Assembly: GCF_009914755.1 (NCBI RefSeq)
Contig: NC_060934.1
Length of the DNA stretch: 64,000 bases
Strand: one strand, 5' to 3'
Source of the DNA: the human T2T-CHM13v2.0 reference genome, Homo sapiens
Shown here piece after piece: positions 9,984 through 23,951 of this stretch. Position 1 is the first letter of the stretch; every line of letters starts with the position of its first letter. A program made the position numbers and the translations under genes. A model generated the notes under the pieces. The model made no database searches. It saw nothing but the letters and a program-made list of their open reading frames with translations, and was not told the origin of the DNA.

Positions 9984-12698
9984 CAATGCTAAATAAAATT
10001 GAGTTTTGATTAATAAGTTGTGTTGGATATTCTGATTTCTGATATAACACTGGTTTGGGACTAAAGTGGGTGTAGAATATCCCATAGCCAAAAAATGAGC
10101 ATAAAATCACTGTCATGCTTCATTAACTTACTGCCTTCACATGCATTGAGACAAGAAGTTTGCTTTGATTCCAGTCTAGAGAGGAAAAGCTAAGCCGGGG
10201 CTGTGCGTTGAAAGCTATTCTGCAGCAAGTCCACCTGTGGAAACAAGTGTAGATGTGGTAAGAGACACTGACTGTGGATTTCATTTCAGTATCATTTGTA
10301 AAGTTAAGGAGTCCATTCTCAAGAACAATGTGATATAATAAATCTAGACTTTTCATATTTGATCTAGTACTGTCTTGCAGCTCAAGATCTGTTACCTTTT
10401 CTGTAATCCTTAACTTTTATATCTGCAAATTACAGGCTGAACTGACTTGAATTTATTAATGGTGAAATACCAACTTATAAAATGTTTATTCAAAAGAGTT
10501 AATGAATAAATGATAAATTCAGTTGCAGTCCTTACCATTAACTTATAATGTGACCTTTGCAAGTTTCCTAATTTCTCTTTGCCTTAATTGACTTTTTTAT
10601 AAATATCTGCTCTGTATTCCTATAACGTGAGCATGAAGTTCAAATAATAACAATAATAATAGGTGTGAACATTTCTAAAAATTTAAAAACCTTATGCAAA
10701 TGCAAGATGCAATGGGAATTAAGATGGCTATTCTAAAATTGGGTTAAATGAACACTGATTTGTTTGAAATGTTCCACAATACAACCAAAGCTAGGGAGGG
10801 AAATTCAAAACTATTCCACTTCCACATTCCATTTTTCTCTTTATCTAAATGATATATCCTTCCCTTCACTATTTCATGCACAGAAGTTCAGCAAAAACCT
10901 CTACCATCAATTTGATAATTTCACAATTCTTATAATTACATCTTTATTTCATTTAATCAAGCTATGTTGATAAAAAGTCAGATGACAATAATTGTTATCA
11001 TAATTTGTGCTATCAAAAAGAAAATATTTTGTTTGAATATTGAAAGGGAAGAAATTCAACCTTAAACAAGTTAGGAGCTGATAACAAAGTGTTTTACGTT
11101 AATTATTCTTGTTTTTATGTGACATCGACTGTTTGCTAGAATTATCGTAATACGTCAGGCTGAAACATGTTCTAAATTGTATTTTGCTAATGGATTTGTG
11201 ATCACTGCCTACAGAGAAATCAAAACAGGAAAATGTTTTGAATAAAATGGAATGATTCAGTATCTAGAGTGTGTGTGGGATAAACTTAATGATATTACAT
11301 ATACAAAATTCTCTCACTTGACTTATTAAATAGCAATATATAGATTTTTCTTTCACACATGGTTTCTTCTTGGCAATTGATGCATTTGCAAGTTCAGACT
11401 CCCTACACTGGCTCAGCAAACTCAATTACATTTTTATCTGACTTTTTTTCTAATAAAAGATTCTTAATAAGATAGAAAATTTGCATATTATTTCCCCAGA
11501 ATTTTGACAGATCTAGGTCTCCTTTCTTGCTTGTATCTGTGAAATGGAAAACTCTTTGAGCCAGTAACCTAATTTTTCTTTCATCTAATTTCTCTTCCGG
11601 TGGCTTCCATGTTAAAAACATGAGATTGGGAGATGCATTTATTTTTTAAGGCTTAGATCATCTCTCCACCTCTGTGAAAGTTTCTGGTGCTTATTACTAT
11701 TTCCAGAATATTATCATCTTTTGGGAGTAGTGTTATTTGGTATTTGGTCAATATTTTTAATTAGTCCTGAGTAGGACTAAGTAGCATACTTATGTAGCCT
11801 AGTATTACTGGAATTATTACTCAGTACTCGCGACATTGTGAGCTATGATATCTACATGTTATTCCTGGCTTCTCATTTTCCTGCTTCTCTTCTTCTTCCC
11901 ACAGTCTCCTACATATTTGGTCCCCAGTGAAGAAACAATACCCTCCACTAAGAGGTGCGCGTTATCAGTCCTGCAGTATCTCCAGCAGCCTTACCCACAC
12001 AGCGAGCCTCTCCATCCTGAGACCACTGTACTTACTTCTGTCTTTCCTGCAAGCAATAATAACTCTTGCTGCCATTCCCATAATTGATCCCCTTGACATA
12101 AAGAGATAGTGGTTACCACACTTGTCTCAGGCATTTCTCTTAGAGAGAGGAAGGTGTGAAGTGTTGAGCCACATCCTTTCCTACAAGTAAAATTTTTTAA
12201 AAAATTCCTAAAGACTTGCAGTCCAAGGTAAGAAAGATTTTTGTAAAATTATAAAAAGCTATTTTCAAATATATTGTTTTGAAAACAACCCAGCTGGAAA
12301 TAAGTAGCTATGTAATCCAAGAGTAGCTATGTAATTCATATTCTTGACCTTGCACATAAAATTTGTTCTTTATTAAAATTGCTGAAATTGAGAAGTTTTG
12401 CTTTCTCTCAATAAAAACTGAAAAAGTGGAATTAGGTACTAATTTAATTGAAGATCTGTTAGTTATTGGGAATCATAATTCCTTCTGATGGAGACAATTA
12501 GAGGATTAAAAACATGCCCTCCACACTTTAGTATCAAGGATAGATTGTTTAGAAGTTAAGAGTTTAGCTTCCAGATTCTGCAAACCTTGGACAGAATTTC
12601 TGCCTCCTTTCTTCCTTGCTGTACATACTTCAGAGAGTTATTTAATTTCTGTGCCTTCGTTTATTCCAGAGGTATCTAGAAGGAGTCCAGAGGTATAG

Positions 12699-13174
<476 letters not shown>

Positions 13175-13934
13175 TCAAATTTATTTCTTGATATAACAGT
13201 TATGAAGACTGCAATAAAAAGAAAGCTTCAGAGAAGATCTGTGTTTGGTGCATTGCTAAGGCCAGCTGGAGGACAGAGATTCAAACTAGGGAGAAGAACA
13301 TAATAAATCTTAAGATTTAGGGATGAATGGTTACAGTATTTCTTTCCATAAGGAAGTTACAGTTCAGAGAAAGCAGGATGGTGTTGGAAGAGGTTTTGTC
13401 AGAAAAATGGACAATAAAGGCTGTGTTGAGTTTCAACTGGGAAAAAGGACAAGTTTCTTTTGCATTCATTAGTATAGTGAATTTAGAGAAATCTAAACTC
13501 TTTCTCAGGAGACAGTTAATTGAGTTTAAGAAGAGTTTAATTAAGAATAATATGTTCAGAGTCTTAATTAGAATAACCTTAGTGCAGAGAGCAATAATAA
13601 ATAAGTGGTAGTCCAAACATTCATTTTGTAAACCATGCAGTAAGAGTTAAATGCACAAATGTGATAAGATTCTTATTAACAATGCTTTATCACATATTAG
13701 AATATCACATAATCTTACAGTATGAAACGGACCATAGTATGAAATAGTGAGCTCTCACTGTCATTAAAACACTCTAGATAATGGCCCATTCATCTATTGA
13801 GTCCATGAAAAAACTATGCTATTGGCTTAAGATGGAAAGATTGCATTATTTCTCTGTGTATCTCTGTCTCTGCCCTTGTCTCTTGCCCTCTCTTTCTGTC
13901 TTCCCCACCCACCCCCACCCCACTTTCTTTCTCA

Positions 13935-14065
13935 GCCTTTTGTGACTGGATTATTTCACTTAGTATAATGTCTTCCAGGTTCATTCATTTTGTAGTATAT
14001 TTCAGACTTTTTTTCTTTTTAAGGCTGAATAATATTTAATTGTTTGTAAACAATTACATTTTAAA
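13935..14065 (-). mobile_element. L1M fragment
   Basis: ttttgtgactggattatttcacttagtataatgtcttccaggttcattcat..tttttaaggctgaataatat. Confidence 0.75.
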
Positions 14066-14757
14066 GGAAAAGAAGCTAACTATGGCTTGCAAAGCCACCC
14101 AACGTCTGCCTTTCCCATTCCATCACTCCAGCCTCAATCTGATCCATTTCTGTTCCATGTTGAATCACCATGATCTCCATTCTGTCTCTTGAATTAGCCA
14201 CATTATTTTTATCTGCTCATTGCCCTTGCACACATTGTTCTCTCTGCCTGTATTGACAGTGTCCACTCTACACCCAGCTAACTCTTAGTTCACCTTGAAT
14301 TTTTCCTGAATACCAGACTGGGACTGTGGTCCTTAGTATCATTTCTTGTAGCTACCTGGTTAATGCAGCTAGTTAGTGGTGTTGCTGGAATTCTGGACTA
14401 GAAGGGTGATGTTAAACCCTGTGGGCTTAGTAACTCTGTTCTGCTGACCAATCATTAATGCATCTAATTTTATTTCATTCAGGATCTGACAATATAGAAT
14501 TATATTTTGTCTCATTGTTCAGAAACACAAAGACTAGTTTCGAAACGTTCACTCTAAGGACTCAGACACGAAATGTGCTTCTTGCATAAAGTTTCAGAGC
14601 CTTGCACACAACACAGTATCCCTTAGGGTGAATAATTGTGAGCATGAATGAACATTAGAAGAGTAAAAGTAAACAGGAACCCACCATCCTAACAATAGCA
14701 TTAGACCAAAGGAGAAAAGCCAGTAATAATTCTATTTCTTGGTCCTGGGCACTAGAT

Positions 14758-17171
14758 TAAGGGTCGGCAAAAATTTTTTGAGTAAAAGGCCAGATAGTAA
14801 ATATTTTAGGCTTTGTGGGTCAAGAGACAAAATTGAGGATGTTATGAAAGTATTATAGAACTAGAGAGAAAACACATTTCTACACATTTTTGATGACAGT
14901 CAAAATATAGTAAGAATAATTTAGTACATTTCGAAATAAAAGTTTCTTTTTTCAGAAGAATGACATTTTCAAGGATGTGGTGGGGGGTAATGTTTCACTT
15001 AATTTGGGTTCAGAAGTAGTTTTCTCTGCCATCAAAATTAATTGGAAATTTTCATCTATTAATGCTTATCTGCAATGAGATCTTATGTATTTCATTTTTG
15101 AAAATGTCTTATTACACAGTTAGGTACTGCATAATACTGATACCAATCCATAAGCATATGATTTTAATTGAGCACATTTATTGTTCAGAGGCATTGATAC
15201 GATTCTATTGGATTTTTTCTTGATATTCACCTCTTAGTACGCACAATACTGCAGACTAAAATCACTTCCAATTCAAGGTTAGATTGAAGCTATTCAATTA
15301 CATGGTTAAATAGATTTTGAAATATGAATATTATTTCTGAACTTGCATTGAAATCTGAAACACACTGTTGGAACTGTAGGTTGACCTTGAAAATCTGAAC
15401 ATTTAGACTACAAATTTGTGTGAGAATGATGATCTTGCTTCTTGTCTTAACTTGTTAGCATGGATCATTTATAAGGTGGTTTATTTTATTTTTGCTTCAA
15501 TCATTAGTGTTTTTGGAAACAGCTTTAAAGTAGCATAGGTTTCACGAATCAGCTTTGTTTTGTCTTGAAATTTTATGTTGAAATCACCAAGAACTATTAT
15601 CAAGTCTGGAATAGAAGCTAATTTCTAAAGCCAGTCAGTGTTTAATGATAGTGGTTGAGGACAGTTCTTTTCATTTAGAAAAATTTCAATCTTGACCCTG
15701 AGCTCAAAAACAGTAATACAATTTCTGCCTGGTAAATTATAGACCTGCTAAGTGGTAAAGAATAAATATTAGTATATTTAGCTTTTATTTCTAGTAAAAA
15801 TTCATGGAACAGCAATGTTTAAGTCCACTAGAGCAAATTAACTTCACCATTGATACTGCTGGTTCAATACCACACTAAAGATTCAAATACTTTCTACATA
15901 GTGCATGCTGATAGATATTATTATAAATAAACATAAAGTTTTAAGCAACTTACATTTTCACAAGCTTTTAAAATCTGTTCAAATAAGATTTTTTCTGCTC
16001 CACCCATACTTTTACCAGCATTAGTTATGATACATCTTGGCAGATTCCACTTCAGGTTTTAATGAATTTGTGTTTTCTGAATTAAATATGTGTACCTACT
16101 ATGTATGCTCAAAAATTAAAAAAAGAAAAAAAAACCTTGCCTGCAGTTGCTCCACATAGGGTATATATAGAGGCCAATCCCTCAGTCATTTCAACCTTAA
16201 TAGTGACCCCTTGAAAAGACAAAAGCTGTCCACTCATCAAGATTCAAGAAAAACAACTCAGAATCACCCAGCTAACTTTTAATTGGCTATTGAGATAGCT
16301 TCTAATGTCCACAGTTCTTCAATTAAATTTTCTCACAGAAAGACTATGGTTTCAAACAAGTTTTATTTCTCAAGATATTTCTTCAGCTGTTGTAATCAAA
16401 CATGACTTAATTAATTCATCATTGATAAAGAGATTTATTATTTTTTATTTTATTTTTGGCTTGGCTAACAAATGAGTCACAGAAACACTTTCATTAGTTG
16501 TAGTTTCATTTTTATTTTTGTAAAGAAATTCTGCTGCAAAGATGTTCTGTTTTAAATTTTCTAATTTTTCTCACCATCACTTTCTAGTGAGTGGGAGTAT
16601 TTTGGTAAGCTGAGTGCTTACTTTGATCATGTTAATGTCTGCTTTATTCGTTTAGAATAGCTAACATACCACTGCATCATAAACACAATGCTTTGACATT
16701 CAATTCAATAACAGAATAATTCACACTCTGCTGTGCCTTAAAATACATTAGAAGTCAATTTTGTTCTTGTTGTGGTTTTGACATCATAAGTATGCAGTAC
16801 TAATAAAAAACATATATCTTGATATAGCCATATATAGCACACTCCAAACACAGTTAAATTATAACTGCATCCCTGCCGAGTGGTAGTGCGCCAAGCAACA
16901 GTGCAAAGTGATGCGAGCACTGTATACGGTCTCTGTTGCAACTACTCAACTCTGCCATCATAGCAGGAAAACAGACATGGACATTACATAATCAGCATTG
17001 CTATGTTGCAACAAAATTTTGTATGGATATTGATATTTTAATTTAATATCAGTTTGTGTGGTTAGAAAATATTCTTTTTATTTTTTTCAACCATTTAAAA
17101 GTGGCTCTCAGGCTATCCAAAAATAGGTAGTGGGTCATTTTGGCCCTCAGCCTGTAGTTTGCAGATCTCTT
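14758..17171 (-). mobile_element. Near full-length Cheshire-like hAT-Charlie DNA transposon (autonomous partner of MER58)
   Basis: Both ends are MER58-type termini (taagggtcggcaaaa..ggccagatagtaaatattttaggcttt; ..tggccctcagcctgtagtttgcagatctctt). Length ~2.4 kb. Flanks cactagat/gtttagaa fit the NTCTAGAN target preference. Confidence 0.8.
15000..16784 (-). pseudogene. Decayed hAT (Buster/Charlie-type) transposase ORF
   Basis: Minus-strand ATG at 16784. Manual translation gives fragments FKAQQSVNYSVIELNVKALCL, NDELIKSCLITTAEE and FFLNLDEWT (cf. the hAT SLALDESTD motif), broken by stops and frameshifts. The 3' limit is approximate. Confidence 0.7.
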
Positions 17172-17189
17172 GTTTAGAATATGGATTTT

Positions 17190-17390
17190 GATTTTGGTGC
17201 CCCTGTCTCAATTACTTTCTTGGGCAACTGATTTTTTTCAATAGCAAGTCTAAGCTTTAATCTCTTTATAAAATGGGAATAATAATGACCATCTAATAGG
17301 GGCATTGTGAAAATTACGTAAAAGTGTGTAAGTTAGATGTTCACCTTGGTGCCAGGTACATAATAACATACACTGAAAATAATTATTTTT
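17190..17390 (+). mobile_element. MIR
   Basis: tataaaatgggaataataatgaccatctaataggggcattgtgaaaatta..ggtgccaggtacata. Confidence 0.6.
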
Positions 17391-19058
17391 CACTTTTGTC
17401 CCTCTTGACTACGAACTTGGGGGTTGATTTAATGGGTTATCAATTAGCCCAGGCATAACAATTACTTTATTCCACAGGATTTTCTAGAAAGATGAAATGC
17501 CTAATGTTTAAGCCTCAATTCTTATTTCATTCCTGTTAACCAACAGACAGGAAAAATACCTGCCCAATGTTGATGAGAATGGAACATGTGGGGACACATT
17601 TGTGGAAAATGTATACCTGATTAACTCCATTACTTATATCGTAAACTACACAATGGGAATCTAAAGCAGTCCTTCCTGTTCACTCACAGCAGTGGCCAGA
17701 TCACATCAGGGCACCTCTTTTTCAGGAGTCTACGAGCCATAAATTGTTTTAGCTAAGACCATCTCAACACTTTCAGCAATTGTTTATAAATAAATTCAAT
17801 AGACAACTTCAGTTTGCAAAGGTTAATCTAATATACTCAAGCTGTATTTCTTCTGTGTAAAATGGTTGGACAGAAAATTAGTTGCTGTGGGACACTTATT
17901 TTGAAATGTCTAGTAGGTCATGAGTGGAAAATAAATGTAGAAGAACTTTATTTATTGTTTCTATACAAGACAAGGAAGCCTGGAAAAGAGTTATTCAGTC
18001 CTTTTTGGTTGGTGTAAACTGTCACAGAAACAAGTGTCATCCCTAGTTTGATCATTAGGAGTATGTTTACAGATTCATCTTAATTACTGCTGAAAGAAGA
18101 GTAACCTGGTCTCCAAAATTGGTGACATCTAAGGGGTGACCTGGGAAACCTGTAACTACAACAAGCCACACTCACCTCTCCAGTCCCAAACTACCTCAAT
18201 TAATTATACAATGTAGATTAAAGCAATGTCTGATGTGCAAATGCAGCTTCAATACAAGTCTTAAAGTCCCAGCTTCCAGGCGCATTGCCCCTTTGCTGTA
18301 CAAAAAAACTCCTTAATATTTTAGCAGACACTATATCCAACTAATATGAGAGTTCATAGAGCAGCCAGAATGAAACCATACACACGTTGCAATAGACTAT
18401 AGTATTCAAAAGATCACAGGAAGTGTAAAAAAGGACAGGACATGTACAAAAAGACATATTTGCTTTGCTAATTCATTTTTAAAGATTATTTTACTTCAAC
18501 TTAGACTAGTTCAATGTAGCTATACCAGTGATAATAGTTTGAATGCAATTATAATTATTCATCCTTCATTGCCTGAGCCCTAGCATAGTTTATTTATAAT
18601 CAGTTTATATCATTTCGTCTCCCTCCGTTTCGAAGATAGGGATGGAGTTGGTGGCTGTCAATAAAACTAAATTGCACAACCCAATCCATTATAGTATCCA
18701 GGGAAACATAAACAGCATTAAACAGAAATGCACATTACGGTAGCTCAAGTCCAGCCTAAATTGGTGAATTTTCTATTCAAGTGCTGTTATTACCATGATC
18801 ATAACTGTTTTAATTTGCTAGTGTGAATAGATAGCTTTCCTTAGAATGAAAGTGTGGCTGTAAATATAAAATTAAGATGACAAAGTTCTCTGAGTACCCA
18901 TTTGGAGGGCAATTGATCAGGCAGCATTGCATTCAAGATGCTTGCAGCAATGTTAAGCAGAGCATGGATTCTTACAAGTTGGGAGGAAGACGTGGAAAGG
19001 ACACCAAACTTGAAAACAAACTGTCATTGAATTCTTGCACAATATCGGACACGGCATT

Positions 19059-19417
19059 TGTATTAGTCTGTTCCAACACTGCTAAGAAAGACATACATGA
19101 GACTGGGTAATTTGTGAAGGAAAGAGGTATAATTGACTCACATTTCCACATGGTGGGAGAGGCTTCATAATTATAGCAGAAGAGTAAGGGACCTCTTCCA
19201 TGGTGGCAGGCAAGAGACAGCTTGTGCAGGGGAACTCCCCTTTACTAAAACCATCAGATCTTGTGAGACTTATTCACTATCATGGGAACAGCATGAGAAA
19301 GACCCACTCAACAGGTAATTCAATTACCTTCCACTGGGTCCCTCCCACAACACGTGGAAACTGTGGGAGCTATAATTCAAGGTGAGATCTGGGTGGGGAC
19401 ACAGCCAAAACATATCA
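19059..19417 (-). mobile_element. THE1 (THE1B/C-like) solo LTR
   Basis: tgtattagtctgttc..gggtggggacacagccaaaacatatca termini. 5-bp TSD gcatt/gtatt. Confidence 0.9.
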
Positions 19418-19649
19418 GTATTCCATGTCTATGCAATTTGTTTCACATATATTTGTACTTAATGCCGCCATGGCTTTGCTTAAGCTCTTTCCTCTGCTAA
19501 GAATGCTCTCTTTCTTTTCACCTAAGATCCACTGGGTAAGCTCTTTCGCTCCTTTGAAGTTTTAACTTAAACATCATCTTTCATACATGCCCTCACATCT
19601 TTTCAGGTAGAGTTAGCCATATAAAGCACTCAATGTATAAAATTCTGGA

Positions 19650-20490
19650 TCACAAGGTGGTTTTCTGCCATTTTAGCACTTTAAATATACCATTTGTTGT
19701 CTGTTGGCCCTCAGCTTCTGATGTGGAAGTTGCTGGAGTTCTTATTTTTATTATTTTCTATGTAATACGTGTTTCATTCTCTTTCTGTCTTTAAGAATTT
19801 TTCTACATCTTTAGTGTTCAGCAGTTGACTATGATATATGTTAACAGATTTTTTTGTTTGTTTATTCTGCTTGGGTTCCACTGAACTTTCTGGATCTCAG
19901 AGATCTTTCTGGATCTCTGTTCTTGATGAAATTTTGAGGAAAAAAAAAAAGTCAACCAACATTTGCTCAGTTAGTTTTTGCCCCGTTGTCTTCCTTCTGT
20001 CTTTCTTGAGTTTCAATTTAATGAATGTAAACATGTTCAATATTTCCCCACAGGTCACTGATGCTCGATTCATTTTTTTATTTTTTCCTCCATATACTTG
20101 TTACTCTATGTGTCCTATTATTTGGTCATTACATTGATTGTTTATTTTATGTATTAATTAAATTTGCTTATTTTTTCTCTCTCTCCTGAAACTCTTAATC
20201 TCTTTCCTATAGATTCATCATTTCCCATGTACTATGAGTTTACTTATTAAAGTTTTTTTAAAGTCTCCTAATTTTTAACATCTGGGTAATTTGTAAATGT
20301 TTTACTTTAGAGTAAAATTTTACTTCACTCTGGGTAATATTTTCTATTTTATTTTCATGTATGGTGGCTTTTCAATTTTTTCAAGGCATTGTGGGTAATA
20401 TATTAATGAGAGTGTGGCTTCTGTAATCACTCTCAAAAGAATAACAATTTTGCTTTTCTATCAGCCAATTAAAATATTAGCACATCAAAC
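19650..20490 (-). mobile_element. Ancient L1M (ORF1-region) fragment
   Basis: T-rich decayed L1 antisense text: ttttagcactttaaatatac..tctttagtgttcagcagttgactatgat..cccacaggtcactga. Confidence 0.6.
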
Positions 20491-20503
20491 TCCTCATGTA
20501 GAA

Positions 20504-20726
20504 CAGGGGTTAGTAAGCTATAACCCTGAGCCAAATCTGAACCATCATCTATTTCTGTAAACAAAGTTTTATTGGAACACAGCCACAGCTGTTTGTGTAG
20601 GCATTATCAATGGATGTTTTGGGGCTAGAACAGCAGAGATGAGTGACTGCTACAGAGACTTCATGGCCTACAAAGCCTAAAAGATTAAATATCTGACCCT
20701 TTGCAGAGAAAGTTTATCAATCCCTT
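20504..20726 (+). mobile_element. MER58A MITE
   Basis: caggggttagtaagcta..aaacaaagttttattggaacacagccac..aaagcctaaaa..tctgaccctttgcagagaaagttt..atccct. Confidence 0.85.
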
Positions 20727-22689
20727 TCTACGGTATAAGCGTTATAAGTAGATTTTGGAATAAAATAGTATTTCCAGATAATTCTAATGCATAGCCTGGG
20801 TAGAAACCACTCCATTAACATATTATAGTATCCTTAACATTTCTGAGATTCTTTAATTCTAGTTATCAGTGTTTATATTGGAGTATAACATCACAAAATA
20901 GCACATGCAACTTTAATCTTAATGAGTCAATATTCCTCTTCTCCTGTAAGTATGGTCATTCTTATACCTTTACTGTATTTAAAATATGAAGAACATTATT
21001 CAGAAGGCCAGGGATTCAAGAAAAAAACTTAAATAATTTAAAGATAGCTGTGGTCTAAGATTCAGATCATATTGATCATATTTTAGTTTTTGTTTGTTTG
21101 TTTGCTTTGCTTTATTTTGTTTGGGTTTATACCTTTTACTTCTTCCTCAAACTGGCTATTGTCTGCACAGCCAAGAAGGCAGCACTTGGCCCTAGGAGGC
21201 AGAGAGACATCCCAACCAGAGAAGACACTCCACATAATTTACTTTGAAACAATGTATGAGAATTTTCAGATGTCAATTGCAGAGATTTTGGACATAAATG
21301 AGGTGGGAAATGCTCATTAATCAAGCTCAAGCTGCCTATTTCTCAAAGGACATAAAATCAATATAGGTCAAATTTTCTATTTCTCCAAAGCCTATCTCAC
21401 TAAACACCTTGAAAGAGATGTTATAGTTAGTTTTCCTGTAGATATACTGCTTGGCAATGCAAGAACATCAACCTCTTTAAATGTTGGACAGAGAGCACTT
21501 TAAAATGTGGAACAAGTAAGCCTGACTGAAGGGTAAAAACAATCAAACACCAACTCCATTCTGTGGAAATTCATTCTGTAATAAGATAGTAGATTTGGGC
21601 AGGTGAGCTTTGAATTTTCATGTTGCAAATATTGATTTTGGAAAGAATGGTTCTATTTCCCTTTACCCCTAAAATAAATACATAAACAGATAGAAGGACT
21701 TTTAACAACACAAAAGATAAAAAAATCACATAAAAGATTGGATTTATACATGAGAAAGAATTATTATACTAAATACATAAAAAGCTTCTACTGTCAATGA
21801 GGAAAAATAAATATTAAATAGCTTAATATGTAAAATATATGCACAAGAAAATATATTAAATACCAATTTTTACTAATGTTAAGATATCTTATATGCCCAC
21901 ATTTATTATCATTGTATGATATTAGTAATAGCACCATTGTTAAGGATTTTCCCCCCAAAAAGACACACACACTCACCTATGTATATATATATAAATTATG
22001 GTACATCATTTTCAATGGAATTCAAAGTAATTGCTATAATATTAAATATTAAAAATTTAAGTTATGCTGCTTTTTTCTCTGAAAAACATAGCTAGCTGGA
22101 GAATTTATGTAGTATTATATGTCATTATGTATCATTACTTATTATTTTATATGTATAAATGCAGAGCCAAAAATATTTATATCAGAAGGTGTTCATGTTT
22201 GTGTGATGAGGTCATAATGATTTTTACTTTCTTCTATGTGTTTTTATTATGCAGTTGCTTTATTGTCTAAACTAAACATCAATTTCCTTTATAATTACTC
22301 AAAGGTAACAAATGCATTTTTACAAACAGGATAAAGCCTATTTCCTTCATGGAACTTTTCCTGTACTGTACCATATCTCTCTATTGCTCTTTCTTAATGG
22401 CAAAGGTCAATGGGAACACTCTCAAGTTAAGAAAAGTAGAGGCATTAATGAGACCCCTATATTCAAAGTTCCTAAGGGTGTCCAGAACCTATTATGACAT
22501 TCCTGGAAGAAAGAAAATGTAGGTTTCCTTAGGATGAACTTGGGAGGTAAGCTGGGGCAGGGGAAAGGCCATTGTCTTTAGAACTGAGCAAACTTTATAC
22601 CTCAATTCTGCTACTAACCGGGAAAGATAGTTTGCAATCAAAAATTATAAATGTTATTGATAGAACAACTGTGGGATAGCTCATCTTCA

Positions 22690-22978
22690 ACATCTGGTAG
22701 CTTGATTTCTCAGTAATTGTGAAAAATCTCCAAATCTGTTGAACTGTTTCAACCTCTTGGCACTGTCACATGCTTTCTTCTCTCTCTAAGCTACTGCCTT
22801 CCTCTTACAAGGACATTTGTGATTACACCGGGCCCACTTGGATAATCCAGGAAAATCCCACCATTTGAAGACTCATAAATATATCAGCAAAGACCTTTTT
22901 ACCATGTATGGTAGCACAGTCACAGCTGCTGGCAATTCGGACATAGATATCCTTAGGGGGCTTATTCAGCTTACCATC
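22690..22978 (-). mobile_element. MLT1 (MLT1C/D-like) LTR fragment
   Basis: aaggacatttgtgattacaccgggcccacttggataatccagg..cagcaaagacc..gggggcttattcagcttacca. Confidence 0.7.
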
Positions 22979-23034
22979 CATATAAAGAAGCAAATTTCTC
23001 TAAAGTCTCAAATTCAACAATATTAAACTATTAT

Positions 23035-23043
23035 CTAGCTATC

Positions 23044-23078
<35 letters not shown>

Positions 23079-23402
23079 ACTTATCTATCTATCATTTATC
23101 TATCTATCTATCTAAGATAATCACTCTGTCACCCAGGTTAAAGTACAGTGGCACAATCAGCTCACTCCAGACCAGCCTCAAACTCCAGATCAAGGCTCAA
23201 GTGATCCTCCCACCTCTGCCTTGTGAGTAGCTGGGACAGCAGGCTTGAGTCACCAAACCTGGCTAATTTTTAAAAATTTTTTGTAGAGATGGGGTCTCAC
23301 TTTGTCACCTAGGCTGGTTTTGAACACCCAGCTTCAAGTAATCTTCCCATCTTGGCCTCCCAAAGTACTGGGATTATAGGCATGAGCTATCATTCACAGC
23401 CA
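23035..23402 (-). mobile_element. AluJ with (TATC)n tetranucleotide STR derived from its tail (23035-23112)
   Basis: Diverged Alu with J-type ggctcaagtgatcctcccacc and tttttgtagagatggggtctcact. Confidence 0.9.
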
Positions 23403-23903
23403 CAGATATATATTTATTATAAATTTTATATTACTTAAACACATATTGACCAAACAAATGGAGTGGTTTTAAATTAATAAATTAATACTATAATCCCAAG
23501 AGGAATTTCCTTTGAAAAGCTCAGAGACATTAATGAATTAATCCTATTTTATTGCAGGAAGACATTTCTCTCTATGAGATCCACCTGCTGCAGTCTCAAT
23601 GCATTACAAATTGAATACAACTTTCATTCAAAATAAGACTGTGAAACTGGCTCTGGAGCAAAGCCTAAACCCTGAGGGTTAGATGGATGTGAATATATTT
23701 AGAACTTTCCTCTTTCTAGGAGCTCATGGTTTACAAATCTCTCCTCCGTGCACAGCACCTTAACTGGTAAACTGACTTGCAACAACAATTCTTCACAGAT
23801 TCCACTCCCCTAATATGGACTGGTCTTTTCTGATAGATTGCCATCATGTAAAAAATTTTTTTTTCTCCTTGCTCTGCAGTACAGAACAAGAAGGTATATA
23901 AAA

Positions 23904-23906
<3 letters not shown>

Positions 23907-23945
<39 letters not shown>
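23907..23945. repeat. (TA)n microsatellite
   Basis: Direct inspection. Confidence 0.95.

Positions 23946-23951
<6 letters not shown>

Noticed and set aside
12303-12335. Short 9-14-bp direct repeats (also near 12665, 13719, 19886, 57757)
   Set aside because: Ordinary slippage-scale duplications, too short to imply a structure.
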